Shown here: positions 1 to 7,890 of the stretch, in pieces
Layout of the letters: the number at the start of each line of letters is the position of its first letter
Numbering within the stretch: the stretch's first letter is position 1
IMG/VR virus record: IMGVR_UViG_3300046656_000554
Coordinates: 1 to 26,915 of that record
DNA from: a virus
Taxonomy: Duplodnaviria; Caudoviricetes
DNA length: 26,915 nucleotides
Strand: one strand, 5' to 3'
Program-made: the position numbers and the translations under genes
Notes under the pieces: model-generated
Seen by the model: the letters and a program-made list of their open reading frames with translations, nothing else
Told to the model about the DNA's origin: nothing
Databases searched by the model: none

Positions 1-245
1 TGCCGGGATGATGGACTTCGTTGGGTTCGACGCTGCGGCACCGGCGGTGATGGCGGACTTCTTCAAGGGGCCTTGACGTCTGGGCAACGAGGCGCTAGTT
101 TGTGAATCGTCGAGCCGCTGCCGCACTGTTCTCTAAAAAAAGCCGGTGCAGCGATCCTTCGTTCGACATTCGTTTTAGGCGGGCCGCTGGTGCTGTGTTC
201 TCCTTGTAACAGTCGCAGCGCTGATCCTTCGTCCGCCGACTTGTG

Positions 246-270
246 ACGCCCGGCCTGACCCGCCGGGCGT
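246..270. terminator. GC-rich hairpin (possible terminator or regulatory stem)
   Basis: acgcccggc-ctgaccc-gccgggcgt: perfect 9-bp stem, 7-nt loop, no U-tract; lies just upstream of a class-2 promoter motif. Confidence 0.35.
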
Positions 271-277
271 ACGTATG

Positions 278-304
278 TCATGGTGGTGTGGTAGGTATAT
301 GACC
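278..304 (+). promoter_or_regulatory. Class-2 promoter-like motif
   Basis: TCATGGTGGTGTGG-TAGGTA-N7-ATG(305); matches four other copies in the window. Confidence 0.55.
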
Positions 305-565
305 ATGGCGACCGTCGAATTACCGCATCCATTGGATTCCATTATTGACGCCTCGCCGGACGGGAAATGGTGCGTCACCGCGACGTTTGAGGTGTACCCG
401 GACTGCACGGGTAAGCTGAGCATCCAAGAATGGATCTGCGGCCGTGCTGGCTGGTACGGGCCACACGATCTGAGCGGCGTGGATCTTGACGCTGATGCGG
501 TCGCCAGGCTGCGGCCGATCTTGTTGCGCTTCCTTGAAGCGCTTGCGGCTGCTCGGGACGCATGA
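305..565 (+). CDS. Hypothetical protein (start re-called from 275 to 305)
   Basis: In frame with the 275..565 ORF; ATG is 7 nt after the class-2 motif; ATGA overlap with the next gene. Confidence 0.6.
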   Translation: MATVELPHPLDSIIDASPDGKWCVTATFEVYPDCTGKLSIQEWICGRAGWYGPHDLSGVDLDADAVARLRPILLRFLEALAAARDA

Positions 566-972
566 GGCCAGCGGCAGCCCCTGACCTATTCGACCTCCCC
601 TCCAACCTGTCGCACCCTCTACCCGTGCCAACCCTCCTGACGATCACCGATCCTCGCGATCTGACCGATCGCCAGCTGCTTCAGCTCATCTACGAAAGGC
701 TCACCACCATGTCCGCTACTGCCGATTCTACCGCTGCCGCTGTCGCCGCCCTCGACGCCAAGGTCGACGCGTTCATTGCCCTCGTTTCCCCGACCCTTCA
801 GAGCCTCCGCGATGCCCTCGCCGCGGCCCTGGCTCAGGTCGCCGCGCTCCAGGCCGGCGACGCGGCTGATGCTGCGACGCTGACTTCGACGCTTGCGGAC
901 GCCGTCGCCGAGACCGCCAAGGTGCAGGCGGCGATCGACGCGCTGACTCCGCCGGTGACGCCGACTCCGTGA
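562..972 (+). CDS. Ala-rich coiled-coil hypothetical phage protein
   Basis: Strong GC3 codon bias, amphipathic helical pattern, coupled to neighbours on both sides. Confidence 0.7.
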   Translation: MRPAAAPDLFDLPSNLSHPLPVPTLLTITDPRDLTDRQLLQLIYERLTTMSATADSTAAAVAALDAKVDAFIALVSPTLQSLRDALAAALAQVAALQAGDAADAATLTSTLADAVAETAKVQAAIDALTPPVTPTP

Positions 973-1124
973 GAGCCAGCCGCGAGCGGCAGCCGGTGAA
1001 GACCGACCAGCATTCTGACGGCTACAGCCGAGACAACGTCATCACCGGCGTGCTGGTCGTACTTGGTGTCGGCGCTGCGCTGGCGTTGGTCGGGCTGCAG
1101 GTTCTTGCGCAGTTCAGGGGCTAA
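969..1124 (+). CDS. 51-aa single-pass membrane protein (not in the ORF track)
   Basis: GTGA overlap with the upstream stop; MRASRERQPVKTDQHSDGYSRDNVITGVLVVLGVGAALALVGLQVLAQFRG has a C-terminal hydrophobic helix. Confidence 0.55.
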   Translation: MRASRERQPVKTDQHSDGYSRDNVITGVLVVLGVGAALALVGLQVLAQFRG

Positions 1125-1162
1125 TCGACCTAACCCCGCGGATCCTGCACTGTCTCTAGTGC

Positions 1163-1576
1163 ATGCCAACACTGCCATCTATCACCTTTGATCCTGTAAC
1201 CCGCGCCGCCCAGTACATCGAGGTCGCTGTCCTGGCGAACTCGATCGATCCGGCGACCGGCGCCAACCCCGGCGTCATGGACACCACGACGCCGCTGACC
1301 ATGACGTACCTGAGCGGCGCCGCGAGCGGCTCGGTGCCGGCCTACGCGACGATCGCCGAGGTCGCGCAGGCGCCTGACGGTGCTCGGATCCTGCGGATCG
1401 CCCCGGGTGCGGTGCCTGGTGCTGTACCCGGCGGCGGGACCGCATTCTCGTGGTCGATCAGGCTCAGCGCGGCCGGTCGCACCGGGACCCTGACCGTCTC
1501 CGGTACGACGCCGCTGATCCCGGATGTCAGCGGGGTTGCCTGGAACGGCGTGGGTCCGCAGACTGTTCAGCCCTGA
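1163..1576 (+). CDS. Beta-rich hypothetical protein, possibly a virion accessory protein
   Basis: Thr/Gly/Ala/Pro-rich alternating pattern, phage-like codon bias; degenerate class-1 motif (TCGACC at 1125) upstream. Confidence 0.6.
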   Translation: MPTLPSITFDPVTRAAQYIEVAVLANSIDPATGANPGVMDTTTPLTMTYLSGAASGSVPAYATIAEVAQAPDGARILRIAPGAVPGAVPGGGTAFSWSIRLSAAGRTGTLTVSGTTPLIPDVSGVAWNGVGPQTVQP

Positions 1577-1599
1577 CAAGACCGTGCAGCCCTGACAAG
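1568..1599. repeat. 13-bp direct repeat cagccctgacaag x2
   Basis: Copies at 1568-1580 and 1587-1599 duplicate the end of the upstream gene; followed by an 8-bp hairpin ccccactc/gagtgggg at 1610-1635. Confidence 0.7.
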
Positions 1600-1636
1600 G
1601 GTTGTCCGACCCCACTCCCGTAGGGTAGAGTGGGGC

Positions 1637-1825
1637 ATGGACGCTCGGAAAGACATACCTCTGCTCGATGGCATCGAGGGGCCCCGTGTCGGTACGGTGA
1701 CCGCTGACGGCTACCGCGCCATCGCGATTGTCACCGATGCGCACGTCACCAAGCGACTGCTCGAGCCGGCTGCGTTGATCTCCGTCGGGTATCGGATTGC
1801 CGGTTCAGCGGTAGGCGGATCGTGA
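1637..1825 (+). CDS. 62-aa protein resembling the core of the DUF2213 prohead protease but lacking the His motif
   Basis: IPLL..VGTV..IVTDA....L....ISVGYRI aligns by eye with APLT..IGHV..IIKDA....V....LSPGYKI of 15197..16723. Confidence 0.5.
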   Translation: MDARKDIPLLDGIEGPRVGTVTADGYRAIAIVTDAHVTKRLLEPAALISVGYRIAGSAVGGS

Positions 1826-1963
1826 AGCACGACGAACAGGCACGGATCGGGGAGGCCGCCCGGAAGATGGACGGCGCCGCCTGGGTATTGGCTCTCGCGC
1901 TCATACCCGGAGATCGGCGAGGTCACGGCGCGCTGTCGGGCTGGCGTAGTCCACTGGAGACTC

Positions 1964-2194
1964 ATGCGCCACGATGACCGCCGCCGCCTGTTCGGCCTGA
2001 CCTGGATCGGCTGGCTCAATCTGCTCGGACTGCAGTGGGTCGGGCTCCGATTGGCCGCGGTCGTGGCGCCGCCCGATGATACGCACGTCGGGTGGGCGGT
2101 CTGTGGACGTTTGCCCGTGAGCGGCTGGCGCTGGCCGTACAAGGCGGTGTCTGTGGCGTGGCTGGCCGCGGTGGTTGCCGCTTGGGCACTGTGA
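1964..2194 (+). CDS. Trp-rich small membrane protein
   Basis: GGAG upstream of ATG, two hydrophobic segments, GTGA coupling to the next gene. Confidence 0.5.
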   Translation: MRHDDRRRLFGLTWIGWLNLLGLQWVGLRLAAVVAPPDDTHVGWAVCGRLPVSGWRWPYKAVSVAWLAAVVAAWAL

Positions 2195-2511
2195 TCCGGT
2201 ACGCATCCCAGATGCTGGCCGTCGCTCGACGACGCAGCGAGCGGACCGCTGCCGGATTGTGCGTCGACTGCCCGGATCCTGCGCCGCCGGCTACCGACGG
2301 TAGCCACTGTGCCTCGCATGCGGCCTTGCACCGTAGCTACGAGCGCCAGAGCCAGGAGCGCAAGAAGCGTCTCGGGCTGTGCCATTGCGGCAGACCGCGG
2401 TCCGCCGAATTCGCTCGGTGTGGACGCTGCCGGCTGATCCGGAAGCGTCAGGCTGTGTCGAGTCGTATGTCTCCGGGTGTGGGTATTCGACCGTCTCCAC
2501 GCTCGAGGTGA
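2191..2511 (+). CDS. Basic tandem Zn-ribbon protein (start re-called to GTG 2191)
   Basis: GLCVDC...HCASH and GLCHC...RCGRC motifs; GTGA overlap with the upstream stop. Confidence 0.65.
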   Translation: MIRYASQMLAVARRRSERTAAGLCVDCPDPAPPATDGSHCASHAALHRSYERQSQERKKRLGLCHCGRPRSAEFARCGRCRLIRKRQAVSSRMSPGVGIRPSPRSR

Positions 2512-2521
2512 TTCTGTCTTC
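2487..2521 (+). promoter_or_regulatory. Class-1 (late-type) promoter-like motif
   Basis: TCGACC-N17-GATTCT-N6-ATG(2522). Confidence 0.6.
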
Positions 2522-2548
2522 ATGAACCACTGGTATCCCACGAAGTGA
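2522..2548 (+). CDS. 8-aa leader peptide MNHWYPTK
   Basis: ATG exactly 6 nt after the class-1 -10 box; its stop overlaps the GTG of the next gene (GTGA). Confidence 0.4.
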   Translation: MNHWYPTK

Positions 2549-3108
2549 GCGCACATCTCGATCGCAAGCTGGCTGGCAAGTGCACATGGTCCGCACGCTG
2601 CAGGCGTCCCCTCGCTCCGGACTGCGACATGTGCGAGCGCCATCACAAGCGCAAGAAGCGCCAGCGCTCGAAGTCTGCCGCCGCGGCTCGCGACAACAAC
2701 CGGGCGCTTGGCCTGTGCGCATTCTGTCCGACCTCATCCGAGACCTATCGCTGCGCAGTGTGCGCGGCCAAGCATGGCCAGGTGCCAGCTTCGGTGAGGC
2801 TACGTATGACTACCGGTGTGGGCACGGACTCGGACCCCTGGCGCAAGGACTCCGACGGTTGGAAGCGCTACCGCGGCAAGGGCCGCCGCGGCCCCCCGGC
2901 CGCCGCCGTGAACGACGAGCAAGATCTGAAGGACGCCGAGCGGGCCCTCGAAAAGGGCCGCCAGGCGCTGGCCTATGCCCGTTCGCCGGAGGTCCAGGCG
3001 CTTCCCCGGATTCAGCGGGCCGGCGTCAAATCAGAGGCGGTAGCGTTCCTGGCGCACGCCGCGCGGTTTCTGGATGAAGTCGTAGATCGGAACGGAGGAT
3101 CAGAATGA
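2545..3108 (+). CDS. Basic tandem Zn-ribbon protein with helical C-terminus; possible nucleic-acid-binding regulator
   Basis: GKCTWSARC...MCERH and GLCAFC...RCAVC motifs; immediately upstream of and coupled to terS. Confidence 0.7.
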   Translation: MSAHLDRKLAGKCTWSARCRRPLAPDCDMCERHHKRKKRQRSKSAAAARDNNRALGLCAFCPTSSETYRCAVCAAKHGQVPASVRLRMTTGVGTDSDPWRKDSDGWKRYRGKGRRGPPAAAVNDEQDLKDAERALEKGRQALAYARSPEVQALPRIQRAGVKSEAVAFLAHAARFLDEVVDRNGGSE

Positions 3109-3548
3109 CCGGAGGCAATCGAAGGGCAGCAAGGTTCGGCGACAAGCAAGGTCAGGGCGCGCGCCCCTTCCAAAAGGGCGTCTCCGGGAACCCCGGCGGC
3201 CGATGCGGATCGGCCATGGAGCTTGGGCGCCGCATTCGCGAGCGCACCGGCGACGGCCTAGAGCTGATCGACTTCGCGCTCGCTGTGCTGCGGGGAACCG
3301 GGAAGATGCCACCGCCGGCGACGGCCGAGCCCGGGACGCCGGACGTTGGCGTGCCTGACGATCCCAAGTCCCGGATGTTTGCCCTCGACTGGCTCACCGA
3401 GCGTGGCTGGGGCAAGGCCAAGCAGGTCGTCGAGGTCTCCACGGGCGCCGCGATCGAGATGCCGGACATGACGCAGAAGACGCTCGACGAGCTCCAGCAG
3501 ATCATCGCGACGGAGCTGGACAGTGAATCGGACGGCGACGTCCATTGA
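3105..3548 (+). CDS. terS: Terminase small subunit (DUF5681-like N-terminus)
   Basis: PFQKGVSGNPGGR motif, LTERGWGKAKQ motif, 147 aa, overlaps terL. Confidence 0.75.
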   Translation: MTGGNRRAARFGDKQGQGARPFQKGVSGNPGGRCGSAMELGRRIRERTGDGLELIDFALAVLRGTGKMPPPATAEPGTPDVGVPDDPKSRMFALDWLTERGWGKAKQVVEVSTGAAIEMPDMTQKTLDELQQIIATELDSESDGDVH

Positions 3549-5382
3549 GATCGCCAGGCGGGCGATCGCGGAGCTCGAGCGACGGGCGGCCAAGGCCGAG
3601 CTTACTCAGCGCTCGCTGGCTGAGTTCTTCAAGCAAGCCGTAGCGGCCGGCTGCGTCGCGGGTATCAAGCGGTTGGAGTGGGGGCCGCACCTCGAGTTCT
3701 ACTGCCTGAGCGTCCAGTTGCAGCTGGAGTCGTGGCTGGTGGCATACGGCTTCGGCACGGATGAGATGATCGAGCGCCAACGCGCGGCGTGGGAGCGTAC
3801 GGGCGCGGCGTGGGAGGACGGCAAGCCGGAGCCGTGGCTGCGTTACGTACTGGTGCAGAACCAGATCGACAACCTGCCGCCCACGACGCTCAAGAGCACG
3901 ATCGCGATGGTGATTGCCAACGCCTGGATCTGGCTCTGGGCGCCGGAGTGCTCGTTTATCGCGGCGAGCGGCGTAGAAGCTAACGTAGACCGCGACTCGC
4001 AGTCTACGCGCGATCTGGTCCGCTCGCCCTGGTACCGCGAGACGTTCAGAATTTCGTGGTCCACGTACGATGTAGCGATTCCAATGGAGATCCGTAAGGA
4101 CTCCACCGCGGTCCGGCTATGGGAAACTACCGCCGGCGGAAAGCGAGATTCCAGAACAATTAACAGTGGATGGATCGGTGCGCACGGTGATCTCCTATTT
4201 GTGGACGACCCTGACGATCCCGACAAGGTTTTCAGTGAGGCTGATCGACTCAAGCCACAGAACCGCTTCACGCGTGCGATGGAGAACCGGACCAACGACG
4301 ACAACCGATCGATCCGCCGCGTGCTTCAGCAGGCGACCCACATCGAGGACTTCACCGCCTATCTGCTGTCGCTCGCTCGCTGGAGCGTGGCAAATCCGAA
4401 GGGCTGGCACCTCAACTGTCTGCCAGCCGAGTACGGCCACGGGCCTGATGATGCTCCGACGGAGACGCCGTACGGGCAGCGCGACTGGCGCACCGAGAAG
4501 GGCGAGACCCTATCGCCCCGCCTGAGCCCAGGTATCCTCGCTGACCACAAGCTCAAGCGGCCGGAGTACGAGGCGCTCTACAACCAGAATCGCAAGCGAC
4601 GTACCGGCGGCATCTTCGCGCCGCGCTACGCCCGATTCTTCATCTGGGAGCACCAGGTCGGCCAGTGGTTGCGGCCCCGGCCGGATCTCTGTGTGCCGCG
4701 TGAGGCGCTGCCGCCGGTGGTCGTCAAGCCTGGCCAGCTGCGCGACCTGACGCTCAGCATCGACGCCGCGAACAGTCTGGATCCGGATCCGACCGCCAAG
4801 GTGTCGGCAGTCGGCCTGACCGTGAACGCGTGCCGCGGCGAGGAGCGGCTGGTGCTCGATGACGCGACGCGTGTGCTCGGCGTCCACGGGACCTACAAGG
4901 CGATCTACCAGCTCACGGCCCGGTGGGCGCTGGACCGGATCCTCGTCGAGATGAAGGCTCTTGGCGCCGGCGTGGTTGCCGAGATCCAGATGGCGATCCG
5001 CCGTGGCTGGTACATTGACTCGGAGACCGACGAGAAGATTCAGCTCGTGGGGCCCGACGGCCGTCCGCTGCGCTGCGAAGTCGAGCAGATCAAGCTGGCG
5101 CAGGGCGAGGACAAGATCCAACGCGCCAACGGCATGCTACCGAGCTGGAACCAGGGCCTGTGGCTCTTGCACGACGGCGCGGACTGGCTCTACCCTAAAG
5201 TCGACGAGTCACGGCGCACGCTGGACGAGGGCTGGATCGGCGAGGTCTGCTCGTTCCCGGGATCGCGGAGAACAGATCGGGTAGACTCGGAGTCGCAGTT
5301 CTTCGGGCGTTACCGCAACACGACCGACACCCGCTCCGAGTGGCAAGCCATGCGGCGACTCGGACTGGTCGGCCGTCGGTAA
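3523..5382 (+). CDS. terL: Terminase large subunit
   Basis: Deviant Walker A NLPPTTLKST, Walker B DLLFVDDP, ALYNQ, nuclease motifs SIDAA, ILVEMKALG, DKIQRA and FPGSRRTDRVDSESQ. Confidence 0.93.
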   Translation: MNRTATSIEIARRAIAELERRAAKAELTQRSLAEFFKQAVAAGCVAGIKRLEWGPHLEFYCLSVQLQLESWLVAYGFGTDEMIERQRAAWERTGAAWEDGKPEPWLRYVLVQNQIDNLPPTTLKSTIAMVIANAWIWLWAPECSFIAASGVEANVDRDSQSTRDLVRSPWYRETFRISWSTYDVAIPMEIRKDSTAVRLWETTAGGKRDSRTINSGWIGAHGDLLFVDDPDDPDKVFSEADRLKPQNRFTRAMENRTNDDNRSIRRVLQQATHIEDFTAYLLSLARWSVANPKGWHLNCLPAEYGHGPDDAPTETPYGQRDWRTEKGETLSPRLSPGILADHKLKRPEYEALYNQNRKRRTGGIFAPRYARFFIWEHQVGQWLRPRPDLCVPREALPPVVVKPGQLRDLTLSIDAANSLDPDPTAKVSAVGLTVNACRGEERLVLDDATRVLGVHGTYKAIYQLTARWALDRILVEMKALGAGVVAEIQMAIRRGWYIDSETDEKIQLVGPDGRPLRCEVEQIKLAQGEDKIQRANGMLPSWNQGLWLLHDGADWLYPKVDESRRTLDEGWIGEVCSFPGSRRTDRVDSESQFFGRYRNTTDTRSEWQAMRRLGLVGRR

Positions 5383-5405
5383 CAGGCATCGGAACAGGCT
5401 GCAAA

Positions 5406-5440
5406 TCGCCTGTTATCAGGGCTGCGGTTACCGTAGACGC
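5406..5440 (+). promoter_or_regulatory. Degenerate class-1 promoter-like motif
   Basis: TCGCCT-N17-TACCGT-N6-ATG(5441). Confidence 0.45.
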
Positions 5441-5734
5441 ATGCAGACCCGAAACCCCTACGTCACCACCGAGCAAGAGCGCCTCCGCGAACTCGTCTTC
5501 TCGCTGTTCAAGGAGGAGATCCCGCTAGATCCCAAGGACCTCAAGCAGCTGGCGCCGTTCGTCAGGCGCGTGCGCGAGGAGTTCGTGGAGAATACAACGC
5601 CGGGTCAGCGGGCGCTCAGGCGGGTCGAGTATTTCGTGCTCAACGCTAGAGGCCGGCACCTGTACCAGCAGTGGGAGATGGGGAAGCTGGACGGGTATGC
5701 GGATGGGCGGACGCCGGTGCGGCTGCCGAGCTGA
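5441..5734 (+). CDS. Hypothetical protein
   Basis: 97-aa ORF with phage codon bias and a promoter-like motif at fixed spacing. Confidence 0.65.
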   Translation: MQTRNPYVTTEQERLRELVFSLFKEEIPLDPKDLKQLAPFVRRVREEFVENTTPGQRALRRVEYFVLNARGRHLYQQWEMGKLDGYADGRTPVRLPS

Positions 5735-5760
5735 CAGAGCAGCATGGTAAAATGCGCCAG
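5734..5760 (+). promoter_or_regulatory. Class-2 promoter-like motif
   Basis: ACAGAGCAGCATGG-TAAAAT-N7-ATG(5761); extended -10 TGnTAAAAT. Confidence 0.55.
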
Positions 5761-6276
5761 ATGAACAAGATCGAGCCTGATTTCGGGTTGCGTACCGCAT
5801 TGCTCGGTGGATCGGTTGCCGCTGTTCTGAGGTCCAACGCCGACATCAGGACATGCTGTCACCTGCCGCTGGTCCCAACCACCGAGGCGGGCCAAGTGTG
5901 GCTGACCTGCGGGAATTGCAGAAAGAAAGAGGGCCCGTACGAGAGGCCATTGCAAGTCCGCGGCACGCCAGCTCAATTCTCCACGTTGTCGCGCATCCCG
6001 GAACGCATCGGAGAACTTGCATCAAGCGTGCCTCTGCCATATCTTGGAATGCTGTATGCGAGCAAGAACTCTCGGTTTTGTCTTGGGGCGACATGGTCAT
6101 CCAGCAATGCGTTCTTCGTGTTGGAAATCGAGGAAGACGGGCGAGTGAGATGGCTTTGGCAGTTGCGCGCTCCTGGCGCCGGGGAGATGCGCTGCTCCCA
6201 GGGGGATGACGACGGTCTGGAGACGGGCCTGCCAGACAGCGCCATCGGGTGGTTTGCCGAGCACTTCGCGGCCTGA
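5761..6276 (+). CDS. Hypothetical protein with possible Zn-ribbon (start re-called to 5761)
   Basis: TCCHLP...LTCGNC; weaker GC3 bias than neighbours, moron-like. Confidence 0.55.
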   Translation: MNKIEPDFGLRTALLGGSVAAVLRSNADIRTCCHLPLVPTTEAGQVWLTCGNCRKKEGPYERPLQVRGTPAQFSTLSRIPERIGELASSVPLPYLGMLYASKNSRFCLGATWSSSNAFFVLEIEEDGRVRWLWQLRAPGAGEMRCSQGDDDGLETGLPDSAIGWFAEHFAA

Positions 6277-6278
6277 TT

Positions 6279-6313
6279 TAGACCGCTCTGCGAGACGCGC
6301 CTAGCGTCAGGGC
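6279..6313 (+). promoter_or_regulatory. Class-1 promoter-like motif
   Basis: TAGACC-N17-TAGCGT-N6-ATG(6314). Confidence 0.55.
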
Positions 6314-6715
6314 ATGACCACTGGGCGCATTCTCGAAGATCTCGCATCGCGGATTACGCATGCCTCCAACGCTACTTCGGCCGGCGCGATCGTCGGTCAT
6401 GACTTCCTGATCCCCAACGCTGCGACGGCGGACTACGACATCGTCCTCGACGAGAAGTTCGAGGTAGTCGACGTCATCGTCCGCAAGGACGGCGCCGGGG
6501 CGGCCAACACGGCACAGATCAAGACCGGTGCGGGTGTCGCGATCACCGACGCGATCATCGCCGCCGTCGACAAGGTCGTGACCCGGGCGGGCACGATCGA
6601 CTCGACGGGCGGGAACAACGTCATCGCGGCTGGCGGCACGCTGCGCTGCACGTTCACCCGGGCCGCCGGGACGAGCGCTGCTCTGGTCACCGTGCTGGGG
6701 TTCTGCAGGCCGTGA
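6314..6715 (+). CDS. Beta-sandwich protein, probable virion decoration/spike component
   Basis: Ala/Gly/Thr/Val-rich beta pattern, strong GC3, class-1 motif upstream. Function is inferred. Confidence 0.6.
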   Translation: MTTGRILEDLASRITHASNATSAGAIVGHDFLIPNAATADYDIVLDEKFEVVDVIVRKDGAGAANTAQIKTGAGVAITDAIIAAVDKVVTRAGTIDSTGGNNVIAAGGTLRCTFTRAAGTSAALVTVLGFCRP

Positions 6716-6861
6716 AGCTCGTTAGGAGGCTACGGTTGCGAGGCGAGCGGATCAAAGTGCTGGCCGGGCTGGAGCTCGGTGCGGTGCAGGGTGGCCGCGT
6801 GGCCGTGACGGACGACTGTCCGAGCGCGTACACGTACTGCTACAAGTATTGCGGAGACTAG
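6712..6861 (+). CDS. 49-aa double-glycine-leader, Cys/Tyr-rich RiPP-like precursor peptide (not in the ORF track)
   Basis: MKLVRRLRLRGERIKVLAGLELGAVQGG|RVAVTDDCPSAYTYCYKYCGD; ELxxVxGG leader end; GTGA-coupled to the upstream gene. Confidence 0.7.
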   Translation: MKLVRRLRLRGERIKVLAGLELGAVQGGRVAVTDDCPSAYTYCYKYCGD

Positions 6862-7034
6862 GGGTGGGAGGAGCCGGTGACGCCGTAGACCAGTAGCGGC
6901 CTGTAGCGATAGGCTAGGCCGTAGAACCAGCGTTCGAGGTGTTCGTCGCGGTTCGCGTGAGTCACGTGAGTCACGTGGCCTCCGGTCGCGGCCGATCGGA
7001 CGGCCATGTTGGTTTCACGCGGATCCGACGTCAC
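6858..7034 (-). CDS. Small hypothetical protein (58 aa; start uncertain; not in the ORF track)
   Basis: GTGA-coupled to the 7031 stop and open to TAG at 6858; alternative GTG start after GGAGG; ends ...EHLERWFYGLAYRYRPLLVYGVTGSSHP. Confidence 0.35.
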   Translation of the reverse strand: MTSDPRETNMAVRSAATGGHVTHVTHANRDEHLERWFYGLAYRYRPLLVYGVTGSSHP

Positions 7035-7588
7035 GGTCCCTCCGTTGCGGCTCGCAACTCATCGAGCGTGATCCGCGTGCCGTCGATCTCGATGATGCCG
7101 TCGGGGATGGATTCGTCGTGGTGCACCGAGAGGCTGCCGATCGGCGGCAGCCTTGCGATGAATGGCGGCAGGCCGCGATTGTCTTGTGGTGGAGGCGGCG
7201 GCAACGCAGCCACGGTGGTGCGGTTACAGCGCACCACGGGGCTCATCGGCAACGGCCGGTCCCGGTCGCGGAACACCGGCATGTCGGCGATGCGGTCGCG
7301 GAGGTAGGGTGAGCGGGTCATCGTGCTTGTCTCGATGATCACATAGTCCGCGCGATCCTCGGTGAGCATGAGGATCTTCGCAGGAAGAGGGTGCAGCCCA
7401 TCGGTGCAAACCACATGCGTGGTCCCGATCGCGAGGACTCGGCCGAAGTGGGACAGTCTTGGGGTATCCCAGCGTTTTCCGTCCCACGGACAGGCGCCAC
7501 CTAGATCCAGGCAGACGGCGTCGTCTGGGACGTCATCGCGGAAGTGAAGGTGGCCCGGAGGGTGATGCCAGGAGATGCACTTGGTCAC
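7031..7588 (-). CDS. Hypothetical protein (start re-called to GTG 7588)
   Basis: GGAGG upstream and GTGA overlap with the 7585 stop. Confidence 0.55.
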   Translation of the reverse strand: MTKCISWHHPPGHLHFRDDVPDDAVCLDLGGACPWDGKRWDTPRLSHFGRVLAIGTTHVVCTDGLHPLPAKILMLTEDRADYVIIETSTMTRSPYLRDRIADMPVFRDRDRPLPMSPVVRCNRTTVAALPPPPPQDNRGLPPFIARLPPIGSLSVHHDESIPDGIIEIDGTRITLDELRAATEGP

Positions 7589-7890
7589 AGCCTCGCCTCC
7601 GGCCAGGCAATCACGCGTGGCGTGTTGGTCACGGTAACCACGCCGCCGGTCATGACGACCTCGGTGACGACCTCGAAGCACTCCTGGCCGCCGACGATGT
7701 AGCCGTCCTTGACCTCCAGGCCAAGGACTAAGACTCGACGCCCGCCGATACCGTCAAACGTGGGACGCTGGTGCACGATGTGGAACTCCTGTGGCCTGTA
7801 GCCCAGCGCGAGCACGTGGCGTGCGGCGGCGTCCATCATCGAGATCCAGGCGGTGCCGGCGTCGAGGAGTTGGGAATCGGCAGGGGTCAT
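7585..7890 (-). CDS. Hypothetical protein
   Basis: AGGAG RBS and ATGA coupling within the minus-strand cluster. Confidence 0.6.
   Translation of the reverse strand: MTPADSQLLDAGTAWISMMDAAARHVLALGYRPQEFHIVHQRPTFDGIGGRRVLVLGLEVKDGYIVGGQECFEVVTEVVMTGGVVTVTNTPRVIAWPEARL

Noticed and set aside
1-240. Minus-strand gene running off the left edge
   Set aside because: Only short frames (a 24-aa ORF from 169 and a possible TTG start at 66) are visible; not enough to call.
562-1124. Lysis cassette (holin/spanin) upstream of the terminase
   Set aside because: Only a single-TM peptide and a coiled coil; no endolysin or lipobox evident.
1823-1963. Open frame continuing past TGA 1823-1825 into the 1964 ORF (readthrough or 1-nt frameshift from GTG 1822)
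   Set aside because: Open frames of this length are common at this GC content, and an alternative 51-aa ORF from 1822 fits equally well; cannot be resolved without homologues.
6957-6977. Tandem near-palindromic 9-mer gtgagtcac x2
   Set aside because: Single short in-frame duplication with no other copies noticed.
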